Source: an uncultured Candidatus Poseidoniales archaeon (GTDB taxonomy: Archaea > Thermoplasmatota > Poseidoniia > Poseidoniales > Thalassarchaeaceae). Taken from it: 53,636 nt of DNA. This document shows, piece after piece, positions 45,800 through 53,636 of this stretch. Below the pieces are notes generated by a model. That model saw only the letters and a list, made by a program, of their open reading frames with translations. It was not told the DNA's origin and ran no database searches. Position numbers and translations under genes: made by a program. How positions within the stretch are numbered: position 1 is the first letter of the stretch; the number at the start of each line of letters is the position of its first letter. Where the stretch lies: positions 1-53,636 of the forward strand of contig CAXFIU010000004.1 in the NCBI GenBank assembly GCA_964003245.1. The letters are read 5' to 3'.

Positions 45800-46897
45800 T
45801 CAACTGCCTAGTGACTTACATACAAACTTTCCTTGCATCTCAACATCATGATATTTTACAAAATAATCAGAAATAATTGATTCTGCATCTAAATCCTCAA
45901 ATAAGTCTGGATGTAATATCTTAGCTAATGTTGGAAGCCCATGAATCATCATTGGTCCAGCAAATTCACCTGACATGATAATCATACGGTTATCTATTAC
46001 AGCGTTAAGACTATCGAAACCCGGCCTAGTTTCAATAAAACTCATATGAGTCCCACACTGATCATCAATATCGTAGGAATTGAAACCGATATCGAATGTA
46101 ATACCATCAAACATAATTACATCAGGATTAGCATCTAAAATTGCTTCCATATCAACATGTGTTGTATGTCCAGGTAAGTCTTTGAAAATGTTATTTCCTC
46201 CTGCTCTTTCTATAATATCCGTCCATTGAGATGTCCCCGTTAGAACAACCGGATCCCTAGTCAAGGAAGCATGATGTTCCATAACAATTTGTGGCCGATG
46301 AGATTCATTAAGTCCGGAAATACGATCTGAAACCTCAGATTCAATATAATCAAATTCTTCGAAAAGAATATCTGCCTCATTTTGTTTTCCAAAAAGTTCG
46401 GCAATAACTGATATCTCATATCTTAGATAGTCATATTTGTAGAAATCTAAGGCAAGTACTTTGATTCCAACTGGTTCTAATTTTTCTCTTATAGCATTGG
46501 TGTCAACCATTCCATTTGTGGCAAAAACAATGTAAACCTCAGGACGGCAATCAAGTAGAGCCTCAAAATCAATTTCCGAGTGGGCTGATTGCTGGATGAT
46601 TGGCGTATCGGCATATTCAGGCCAAATAATTTCGTCATAGAAGTCCCCAGATACACCAGCTACGACTGAAGAGTTTACATCCAACATTCGCATTACAGTA
46701 GCGGCATAAGTATTGGTCATAGCGACACGTTCAGGTGAAGAATCAAAATTATGAATTACTCCATTTGAATCAACCACTTGTATGTTTGAATCAGAAGGTG
46801 TAACAGAATCATCTTGTAGAGAATACTGCCAAACTCCTATTGAACAAAAACATACTAATAATACTTGAAAAATAGCAATATTACGATTATTAAACAT
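45800..46897 (-). CDS. Helical-backbone substrate-binding protein (BtuF/FhuD/HemV-like)
   Basis: VVDSNG, PERV, DFEALLDCRPEV, AGGNNIF, VDMEAILDANPDVI, AVIDNR and LAKILHPDLF. ATG 46897 preferred over TTG 46939. Confidence 0.85.
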   Translation of the reverse strand: MFNNRNIAIFQVLLVCFCSIGVWQYSLQDDSVTPSDSNIQVVDSNGVIHNFDSSPERVAMTNTYAATVMRMLDVNSSVVAGVSGDFYDEIIWPEYADTPIIQQSAHSEIDFEALLDCRPEVYIVFATNGMVDTNAIREKLEPVGIKVLALDFYKYDYLRYEISVIAELFGKQNEADILFEEFDYIESEVSDRISGLNESHRPQIVMEHHASLTRDPVVLTGTSQWTDIIERAGGNNIFKDLPGHTTHVDMEAILDANPDVIMFDGITFDIGFNSYDIDDQCGTHMSFIETRPGFDSLNAVIDNRMIIMSGEFAGPMMIHGLPTLAKILHPDLFEDLDAESIISDYFVKYHDVEMQGKFVCKSLGS

Positions 46898-46901
46898 AAA
46901 A

Positions 46902-49241
46902 TCAATCCTCTCGATTCCTATAAGAATAAATTGTAACAAGTGATAATAACGAAACCATGAATATCAAAATATTACTCATTGTAAAATAATCTGATTCTGA
47001 TTCTTCAATTATATTAACGAAAATGGAATCTGAGAAATCTGAAACCTTTCCATTAGATAGTCCGACCTGTATTCTAATTCGATTTTGACCAATGTTTAAT
47101 TCATCTAAAGAAGTGAAATTTTCAGAACCATTATACATCTCAATAACTACTCCATCAGAATCTTCAACTATTAGTGAGTACCATGCTGCATCCATAGTAG
47201 AACTCCATGATACGAAAACATCTGTCCCTTCATTCTGTTGAGAGGTGAACAAATTAAAGACTAATGGCGGTTCAACAATATGAAATACATCTAAACTAAT
47301 AATTTCGCCGACGACCGTATGCCCTGAAGGCATAATTGCATTGATTTGATATTGATAGGTATTATCAATCTGATTTTGAATTAAATAAGAATTCTCATCC
47401 CCTTGATAAATAAGTACATCGTTTTCAAATAATTGGTATGAATCTGCCCCCTGGAAATTTGCCCAATCAATAAAATATTCATTTGAAGATATATCTACTT
47501 CTTCAGTCAAGAATTGGGGAGTCATTGGAACCTCAAAAGACTGTAATTCATAAATAACTTTTTCAGAATGAGAACCGGGTAACTGATCGATGATTTTTAC
47601 CCAATTACGCACTGATTCATTGTACCATAATTCCCAAGAAACAATACCATCTATCATATCTGTAATTACTATATGTTTTGTTAAGAAAGTTCCAGCCGCT
47701 GTAGTAATTAGTACATCTTGATTAATTTCAACTGTATTTGTAGTATCATCATATCCATTTGGATGGCCTGGAACTCCAATGATATTTGTTCTATTAAAAT
47801 GTAAATTAATATCATCATCTGATTCTAACAAACTTACCGATTGACCAGAATTATCTGTAAAATTCCATCCCAAAATTCCTTCTTGAAAATAAGATGAGGA
47901 TGATGGGGAATCAACCCAATAAGTATGAACGGTTAAGAGATTTTCACTATCAATCCATCGATATGATTGTTCGCCCTCTTCATGATATTCATTATTATAT
48001 CTAGTCAGAAATGTGGTTCTTTCACGACCAAATGAGTCAATACTAATTTCTGAACCTATGGCAGTAAAAGTAACATTGTGCATCCCATATGATGACTCTG
48101 GAGTATAAAAGACGCCATAATCCCATGACATACCTGCTGACCAAAGAGAATCTACATTATTATCAGGAATGACTATTATCATCAAAGATGCAGGATTAAG
48201 ATTGGTACCATTATTATTAGTAGCTTCAATGGTAAATTCAAAGGTTCCAACTTCAGAAGGAGTGAAGTCAAAAGTGGTTGAACTACCTCTGTAAACTAAC
48301 TCACCGTTAGAATATAGTGAATAAAAATCAGTATAATTTCCACCCTCCCAATCAATACTTAGAGAGGATATGGGAATAACTTGTAGTTGTGTTACAAAAG
48401 AAACATTCTCGGGAAATTCTAGATTTACAGTTGATGAAAGGTTCATCCATCCTTCTCCACCAGAAATTACAGATGTAATCGGATCTAGGATACTAATACC
48501 TTCTAACGTTGCAATAAAATTCTGCGTAGAACCAATAGGTAGATTTTGAAGCAAATAGAAACCATCTGAGTTAGTTACGGCATTTTTTTCTCCGTTACTA
48601 ACTACAACTCCTTTCATTGGTAGTCCTTCTTCATCTACAATAAATCCATACTTACTATTCATACCTTTATTCAAGTCAAAATCATTCGGAGAAGATGCTG
48701 AAAGTTTGAAATGCACATATTGTGTTGAAGAAATATCATCTTCATGAATTCCTCGGATTGTAAAATACTGCCCTATATCTAGAGTTCCGAATTCTGCCCT
48801 GCCGTCTTGAATATCTTGGATTTCGTTTAATTCAACTAGTTCAACATGAGATGATGAAATATCAGGAATATGAACTCCCTGTTCATCGAACATCTCTACA
48901 GTAATCCAATTCTCACCCACATGCCAATCTAATTGCATATCTGAATTAAATACCATTTTTCTGTAAGCCACAGTATGACCGTTATTCATGAAATAAGCTC
49001 TGACTGTATGTTCACCAGGAGTTATTCCTGAAAAAACATAAGAACCATTTTCAGACCAAGTAGATGTCATTGAATCTACCTTAATAGAAGTAGAGTTAGC
49101 GAAATTTCCATCTTCAGCAAATACATTCCCCGATAGTGTGAAAAGTTCCTGATCTGATGAATCATCTGCAGAAACTGCTATTGAAGAAAATATAGAAGAT
49201 ACAAACACTAGTGTTAGTATCAAAGCATTGAGTCTCTTCAT
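46902..49241 (-). CDS. Large membrane-anchored surface protein with beta-sandwich (carboxypeptidase-regulatory-like/FN3-like) domains
   Basis: Signal peptide, NGSYVFSGITPGEH, TNSDGFYLLQNL, FN3-like W...Y...Y repeats and C-terminal TM. Ends 4 bp before the binding-protein gene. Confidence 0.7.
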   Translation of the reverse strand: MKRLNALILTLVFVSSIFSSIAVSADDSSDQELFTLSGNVFAEDGNFANSTSIKVDSMTSTWSENGSYVFSGITPGEHTVRAYFMNNGHTVAYRKMVFNSDMQLDWHVGENWITVEMFDEQGVHIPDISSSHVELVELNEIQDIQDGRAEFGTLDIGQYFTIRGIHEDDISSTQYVHFKLSASSPNDFDLNKGMNSKYGFIVDEEGLPMKGVVVSNGEKNAVTNSDGFYLLQNLPIGSTQNFIATLEGISILDPITSVISGGEGWMNLSSTVNLEFPENVSFVTQLQVIPISSLSIDWEGGNYTDFYSLYSNGELVYRGSSTTFDFTPSEVGTFEFTIEATNNNGTNLNPASLMIIVIPDNNVDSLWSAGMSWDYGVFYTPESSYGMHNVTFTAIGSEISIDSFGRERTTFLTRYNNEYHEEGEQSYRWIDSENLLTVHTYWVDSPSSSSYFQEGILGWNFTDNSGQSVSLLESDDDINLHFNRTNIIGVPGHPNGYDDTTNTVEINQDVLITTAAGTFLTKHIVITDMIDGIVSWELWYNESVRNWVKIIDQLPGSHSEKVIYELQSFEVPMTPQFLTEEVDISSNEYFIDWANFQGADSYQLFENDVLIYQGDENSYLIQNQIDNTYQYQINAIMPSGHTVVGEIISLDVFHIVEPPLVFNLFTSQQNEGTDVFVSWSSTMDAAWYSLIVEDSDGVVIEMYNGSENFTSLDELNIGQNRIRIQVGLSNGKVSDFSDSIFVNIIEESESDYFTMSNILIFMVSLLSLVTIYSYRNRED

Positions 49242-49289
49242 AAACTTTCGAACCCTCTCTCCCTAATTATATTTCGTTTATGAGTGGGT

Positions 49290-49389
49290 TAACGAGAAGC
49301 GCTTAAATTGAATGTGAGTTCTATTTATAACTATGATGAAGCCTTTGATTTTTCTGTTGTGAGCCAGATTAATCCAGCGCTTCTCGTTA
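49290..49389. repeat. 14-bp perfect inverted repeat enclosing 72 bp
   Basis: TAACGAGAAGCGCT (49290-49303) and AGCGCTTCTCGTTA (49376-49389). Confidence 0.8.
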
Positions 49390-49404
49390 CCGTTCGAGTG
49401 GTCA

Positions 49405-49434
49405 TTCTATGTGGGCATTTCTGCCCACATAGAA
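49405..49434 (-). terminator. 13-bp stem with GAAA tetraloop just downstream of the FEA1-like gene (terminator or mRNA-stabilising hairpin)
   Basis: Minus strand TTCTATGTGGGCA-GAAA-TGCCCACATAGAA, 12 nt after the stop at 49447. Confidence 0.65.
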
Positions 49435-49446
49435 ATCGTCAATTAT

Positions 49447-51096
49447 TTATTGGAGTGTTCCAATATCTTCAGCTGTAATTCCTAGCATATCCCAAGCAGG
49501 TTGGAGATGTGCACGAACAGCAGCCTGGTAGTCAGTTCCTGCTACTGGTACGTTATTGAAATCATAGATTCCATTAATTCCAGTTGTTCCGAAACCATCG
49601 AAGTGGGTAAATGCACCACACTCTGCTTCAGCCATATCTGCATCAGTTGCATGAGATACCATATTGTAGCATCCTGTAAACATTGTAGCACCATAATTCT
49701 CATACCAACCATAAGATTCGCATGTAGTCTGATCTACTGCTGTATCCCATGAGTGAGATACACTGTTGTAGCAACCATCTGCGCCAGGTGTTGTAACATA
49801 ATCTTCTATCCACATGTAAGATGTACATGTTGCATTATCATCGCTAGATGTTTCATGAGATTGCATGTTGTAGCATCCTGTGAAAGTAGTTGAACCCCAT
49901 GATGCATTATCATAGTAATCCCAGGACTCACAGATTGATTGATTCCATGAAGCATTCATACCATGAGACACAGAATTGTAGCAACCTGTGTAAGTTTGCT
50001 CTCCGTAATTCTCCAAGAACATGTATGCTTCACACGATGCTTGATCAGAATCTGAGGAAGTTGCATGTATATTCATATTGTAGCAAATATCTGAACCGTC
50101 GCCCATATCATAATCTGTCATGTACATGTACCCTGCACATTCATCAGCTGCTGCTGCACTAACAGTCATTGTAACGCTGTTGTAACAATCATCACCAGGT
50201 GATGGGTTTGCTTCAGCAATATATTTCTCGATTACTCTCCAGAAAGAATATCCCTCTGCTTGATGTGTTTGAGCTTTTTCTACAGTATCGTCAGTATTCA
50301 TCTTGTGAGCATAACGAATTGTTGCTTGTGAGTAAATTATTACTAATTGCTTTACTACCTCATCTCTTGCAGCTGTTGCTCCAACGAGATCTTCTGCTTG
50401 TAGTGCAGCTAGACCATCATTCATTGCTTGGAGGATCGCTGCATTCGCTATAGCAGTACCATCTGCATTTGCAGTAGCATAGTTACCTGCTCTCTTATCT
50501 CCAGTAGCGTATGGAGAGCATGATGCATACTCATCGAGACCGTGGTAAAATGCCCATCCTTCATCCCATGCGTGCTGTGCATCATCAGTACCAAAGTTTC
50601 CGGCTTCAGCCTTGACAATTGCAGCGTTTAATTCATGGATTGCATATGCAACCATTATTTGATTTTGAACTCCTTTCTCAACTGCTTGCTCACGAACACT
50701 ATCTGAAGCACCCTCAAACATTCCAGTGCCATCTAATGCGGACATCAAGTAGTCATCTAGAGGGGATTCGGTACCATAGAATGTATCTAATCCGTGTTTC
50801 TTACCTGTTGCATCAGCAAATCCTTGTAATGTTCTGAATGATCCATCACTCTTTTCTGCATGCTTACCATCCATGTAAATTTCTTTTACACCATCCCAAT
50901 CATGAGCCTCTGCAAGATCTTTGATATCGCAAACGTCTTCTACTAGCATTCTGTGATTATCCACATTTGAAGCATATTCATATCCGCCATCTGCTTCGTC
51001 AAAGTTACTCTCATCGTCGTCCGATAAACAACCTGCAAAAGCCGCAGCTAACATACTCAGCGTCATCATTATAGCAATTATTTTCTTATTTTTCAT
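49447..51096 (-). CDS. FEA1/IrpA-like (low-iron-inducible) lipoprotein with inserted Cys-rich repeats
   Basis: Lipobox AFAGC, YEYASNVDNH, IYMDGKH, RTLQGF, YAIHEL, HAWDEGWAFYHG, KRAGNYAT, YSQATIRYA and QAEGYSFWRVI. Confidence 0.75.
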   Translation of the reverse strand: MKNKKIIAIMMTLSMLAAAFAGCLSDDDESNFDEADGGYEYASNVDNHRMLVEDVCDIKDLAEAHDWDGVKEIYMDGKHAEKSDGSFRTLQGFADATGKKHGLDTFYGTESPLDDYLMSALDGTGMFEGASDSVREQAVEKGVQNQIMVAYAIHELNAAIVKAEAGNFGTDDAQHAWDEGWAFYHGLDEYASCSPYATGDKRAGNYATANADGTAIANAAILQAMNDGLAALQAEDLVGATAARDEVVKQLVIIYSQATIRYAHKMNTDDTVEKAQTHQAEGYSFWRVIEKYIAEANPSPGDDCYNSVTMTVSAAAADECAGYMYMTDYDMGDGSDICYNMNIHATSSDSDQASCEAYMFLENYGEQTYTGCYNSVSHGMNASWNQSICESWDYYDNASWGSTTFTGCYNMQSHETSSDDNATCTSYMWIEDYVTTPGADGCYNSVSHSWDTAVDQTTCESYGWYENYGATMFTGCYNMVSHATDADMAEAECGAFTHFDGFGTTGINGIYDFNNVPVAGTDYQAAVRAHLQPAWDMLGITAEDIGTLQ

Positions 51097-51113
51097 ATAT
51101 CCATCTCCGTATT

Positions 51114-51129
51114 TTTAGGTCTCCCTAAA
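51114..51129. promoter_or_regulatory. DtxR-like operator, copy 3, upstream of the FEA1-like gene (degenerate copy 4 at 51159-51172)
   Basis: TTTAGG-TCTC-CCTAAA lies 17 bp from the ATG. TTAGG-TTAT-TCAAA at 51159-51172 reads on the minus strand ...CCTAATATTGATATAC, like copies 1 and 2. Confidence 0.72.
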
Positions 51130-51243
51130 CTTTCCGACTAATGTTCAGTATATCAATATTAGGTTATTCAAAATACTAAAAAAAAGTGCGATTAAGAGAT
51201 ATATCAGCGATATACTGATGAGATTGGACTCGTTCGGAATATC

Positions 51244-53250
51244 GTGAGTTATTTTAGTCGAAGCAAGATTCTGGCATCAATCTGTGTAATCCTTATGTTT
51301 TCAATGATTGTTCCTTTGGAAAATAAAGAAACAATGCTTAATGAAAAAATGGTAGAAAGATATCAATTAGGAGGTGGTGGTAGTCTTGAGCAAAGATGTA
51401 GTTCAATCACTTTCGAAGCCATTCTACCCTATACTCATGCGCATTTCGATATTGTAGTTAATGAAGATTGGAATTCGGCTGAAGTTGAGGCTAGAGCATG
51501 GATAAATGGGACAAGTGTCGATTTATTAAGGGAAAAACTTGATTCTTATTTAGAAGAATTATACCCTAGTGGAGGAGATGGTTGGATCTCAACAGATGAA
51601 AAATCAGCAGTTGAAGCGGTAGCTTCTGAATGTGTTGAATATGCTATGACTAGGATTGGTCTGAGAGAATCAACCCCTCATAGAGGAGGAGTTGGACTTG
51701 ATTGGAAAAACGCCACCTGGCAGAATGATGGCGTTATAATTGAAGAATGGAATCTAGTTCCATCCAACCATGCCGATATAAGAGACTGTACCGCAATTGG
51801 TTCTAGCAATGATTGTGTAGAAGTGCCCGTATTCCCTAACTCTGAGAGAGATTGCAATACCCTTATTGAAACTTCAGAGAATGTCGACGAGTGTAGGCTA
51901 GAACTATGGATGAATGCCACAATGGTAATTCCTAGTATTGATGAGGGAGAAGAATTTACTTTAGCATTTAATGCTTCGAATATGACTAATGCGGTTTTGG
52001 ATTTTACATTACCGAGTAACCCTGATCTAAGAGTAGACATGTGGGAAGAATGTGAAGGAAGAGATGTTGAATTTGAACCATCAACTCACGAAGATGCCCC
52101 ACTGAGAGGTGCTTGTATCGGAGATGGATCATCAACCTATATTTTCGAAAACATTGAAGATGAAAGTGTCAAATTCACTCTAATTCCACATAGAAGTATA
52201 GATTTTTGGCCTAGTGGTGAAGATATTTTTGTAGATTTCACCACGGCACCTATCCCAATCAACAACCCTCCTTCGTGGACAGAAAATGCTCCATTGAATG
52301 AAAGTTGGTTGCCTTCATTGGAGAGTGGAGAAAATATTTGGGCTGATTGGAATAGTATTTCATCATGGTTTGATGATGAGAAGCCCATCTCACAATTAGA
52401 AATAAATTGCAATTCAGAACCTTCGGCAAATATCTATCAGTTATCTGATAAGTCTTTTTCTGGAATAATTAATTATGGTCAGGACATACAAGTAGAATGT
52501 GAGGCCGTTGATGACTTGGGGCAAAGTTCAGGAATTAGGATTTGGAACTTAGGAGTTCCTATTTTTCTAACGACATCATCAGAATCTTTAGTCAGTCCAC
52601 ATCCAGTAGATATACAATTTAGTGAAAATTGGCCTGAACTAACATTAGAATATGCATTCACTCAATCTCAAAATATTAATTCTGCAAATATTGAATCTAT
52701 GACTATTTCTTCTAATCAAACAATATTAATTAATTCCAATGGGATGATTCCAGGGTTAGTGGATTTATGGATAGGAATAAATGGTAACAATTACATATAT
52801 CCTACAGAAAGAATTTTTCAACTAGGTATAACTAAAGAAAGTTCGCCACCTATGATTAGCGTTACAGAATATGGCTGGGAAATAGATATCTGGCAAGCTC
52901 AAGGACAATTTAGTGACCCAGATGGAGAAGATGTTGACTTTTCTCTATCTATAGATGGATTATCTGCAGGTAGTATTTCAGTATCTGGAAATTCATGGAG
53001 TACACCAATGATAAATTTTGGATTATGGGACGAAGGTGAACATGAAGTAAAAATTATTGGTTGCGATATATCGGCCAAATGTAATGAAGTAATTATTATG
53101 GTAAATAATAGTCATTTATTTGAAGACGCAACATCTCTTCCTTTAATTCCAGATGATGATTCAGGAACTGGATTATTACCGGGTTTCAGTATGTTCTTGA
53201 CTATCTTCGCATTAACTATCGGTCTCATATACTCAACCCGTCGCGATTAG
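51244..53250 (+). CDS. Secreted Cys/Trp-rich surface protein with PGF-CTERM-like archaeosortase signal
   Basis: Signal peptide, NNPPSW and SDPDGEDV cadherin/Ig-like motifs, C-terminus LLPGF + TM + RRD. Confidence 0.72.
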   Translation: MSYFSRSKILASICVILMFSMIVPLENKETMLNEKMVERYQLGGGGSLEQRCSSITFEAILPYTHAHFDIVVNEDWNSAEVEARAWINGTSVDLLREKLDSYLEELYPSGGDGWISTDEKSAVEAVASECVEYAMTRIGLRESTPHRGGVGLDWKNATWQNDGVIIEEWNLVPSNHADIRDCTAIGSSNDCVEVPVFPNSERDCNTLIETSENVDECRLELWMNATMVIPSIDEGEEFTLAFNASNMTNAVLDFTLPSNPDLRVDMWEECEGRDVEFEPSTHEDAPLRGACIGDGSSTYIFENIEDESVKFTLIPHRSIDFWPSGEDIFVDFTTAPIPINNPPSWTENAPLNESWLPSLESGENIWADWNSISSWFDDEKPISQLEINCNSEPSANIYQLSDKSFSGIINYGQDIQVECEAVDDLGQSSGIRIWNLGVPIFLTTSSESLVSPHPVDIQFSENWPELTLEYAFTQSQNINSANIESMTISSNQTILINSNGMIPGLVDLWIGINGNNYIYPTERIFQLGITKESSPPMISVTEYGWEIDIWQAQGQFSDPDGEDVDFSLSIDGLSAGSISVSGNSWSTPMINFGLWDEGEHEVKIIGCDISAKCNEVIIMVNNSHLFEDATSLPLIPDDDSGTGLLPGFSMFLTIFALTIGLIYSTRRD

Positions 53251-53253
53251 TAC

Positions 53254-53636
53254 ATGAGTTTCTCCGGGAGTGTCATTCGAAAATCCCACGAAGGTGGGTT
53301 ACTAGTGACCTTTGAAGGTAGAGCTCCAGGCCTATATACAGGGATTAGAGTAGTTGGTGGAAAGTTCCTAGGAAGAGTCGATTCAGTAATTGGACCAGTA
53401 AATGATGCATATATTCATATCAAACCTTTAGCTGAAGATTTGATAATAGAAAATACAATTGGTTCCCCCGTAGAAATTGCCCCAAGAGATCGTAGACCTC
53501 GAAATGACAGAGGAAGAAATAAATCAGATAGAAATCCTAACTTGAAATCGGGCGACTGGATATGTCCAAAGTGTAAAAATCATAACTATGCAAATAAACA
53601 ATTTTGTAATCGTTCAAATTGTAATGAGAAAAAACC
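53254..53636 (+). CDS. gar1: Gar1/Naf1-like H/ACA RNP protein fused to a RanBP2-type zinc finger (truncated by the window end)
   Basis: Not in the ORF track. Translated by hand: MSFSGSVIRKSHEGGLLV...KFLGRVDSVIGPVNDAYIHIKP...RDRRPRNDRGR...GDWICPKCKNHNYANKQFCNRSNC. Confidence 0.7.
   Translation, partial: MSFSGSVIRKSHEGGLLVTFEGRAPGLYTGIRVVGGKFLGRVDSVIGPVNDAYIHIKPLAEDLIIENTIGSPVEIAPRDRRPRNDRGRNKSDRNPNLKSGDWICPKCKNHNYANKQFCNRSNCNEKK

Noticed and set aside
49253-49270. Fifth operator copy upstream of the 779-aa gene (minus strand TTAGGGAGAGAGGG)
   Set aside because: Only one half-site is present and the CCTAA arm is missing.
49242-49446. Cobalamin riboswitch upstream of the Btu/Fec-like operon
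   Set aside because: No recognisable B12-box or GGGAA/GCCACTG elements on the coding strand.

Overview
AT-rich archaeal genomic DNA. Gene content points to Marine Group II Euryarchaeota (Ca. Poseidoniales): archaeal RibB/RibL, AroA'/AroB'/GHMP-type AroK, Gar1, PGF-type sorting tails, S8 proteases and a bacterial-type G3PDH. The taxonomy is an inference. From left to right the window holds: a riboflavin/FAD operon; trxB and a MoeB-rhodanese fusion; a fused E1alpha/beta 2-oxoacid dehydrogenase with an N-terminal Zn-ribbon; a molybdoenzyme locus (MocA, XdhC, HTH regulator, 4-hydroxybenzoyl-CoA-reductase-like HcrC-A-B) interleaved with subtilases; a DUF4350-MoxR-DUF58 operon; archaeal shikimate genes; xth; an ABC exporter; tRNA-Leu(TAG); gpsA; then a ~12.5 kb iron-acquisition region. 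The standout is the 'PhnD-like' binding protein at 38610-39656. It is a single-lobe transferrin keeping all four Fe ligands (D104, Y132, Y225, H278) and the SCHTGxx[K]SAG anion-binding loop. It is encoded with PhnC/PhnE-like ABC subunits, a flavodoxin and a HugZ-like heme protein. It also shares a palindromic TTAGG-N4-CCTAA (DtxR-like) operator with a FEA1-like lipoprotein that carries Cys/His repeats. Together these suggest an archaeal transferrin-based Fe(III) uptake regulon that automated annotation would label as phosphonate transport. All family assignments come from motif recognition by eye; no searches were run.
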